Shown one piece after another: positions 63,910-64,000 of a DNA stretch of 64,000 bases (position 1 is the first letter of the stretch; every line of letters begins with the position of its first letter). The notes below the pieces were generated by a model, which was not told where the DNA came from, ran no database searches, and saw only the letters and a program-made list of their open reading frames with translations. Location: assembly GCA_973895155.1 (NCBI GenBank), contig OZ316893.1, positions 18,852,857-18,916,856 of the forward strand. The letters run 5' to 3'. Source of the stretch: Marsupella aquatica (lineage: Eukaryota > Plantae > Marchantiophyta). The translations under genes and the position numbers were made by a program.

Positions 63910-64000
63910 ATGGGCTTTGAGCTCCACAAAAGGTGCTGACTGCAATTTTTTTTTTTGACAAATACTTCACAAAAGGTGCTAGTGTTACACCTTTTATGGT
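63910..64000 (+). mobile_element. Subterminal right end of another copy of the 21337-type CACTA family (runs off the window)
   Basis: gggctttgagctccacaaaaggtg...tgctagtgttacaccttttatggt matches 21241-21329. Confidence 0.75.

Overview
Eukaryotic land-plant genomic DNA, probably a bryophyte or other early-diverging land plant (inferred from gene and TE style). The window has one host gene, a 5-exon clade-B AHL (AT-hook + PPC) gene on the minus strand at 232-2999, followed by about 60 kb of nested, mostly decayed transposons. The main finding is a Ty3/Gypsy retrotransposon at 33647-52833 (minus strand, GCTA target duplication). Its polyprotein reads gag-PR-[C5 cytosine DNA methyltransferase, DNMT3-like]-RT-RNaseH-IN-PHD finger. 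Its ends are not a normal LTR pair but split, permuted direct repeats (X ... Y-X-Y) with no evident tRNA PBS, and its leader carries eight 17-bp palindromes. A 10-kb CACTA element interrupts it, and a truncated sister copy at about 7.6-10.7 kb has lost the PR-DNMT segment. A second decayed CACTA element carries a SET-domain cassette. Also present: a near-intact LINE ORF2, Copia remnants, another Gypsy with two nested inserts, two copies of a non-coding element with AGT...ACT ends, solo LTRs, MITEs and a foldback-like tandem array. All alignments and counts were done by eye.
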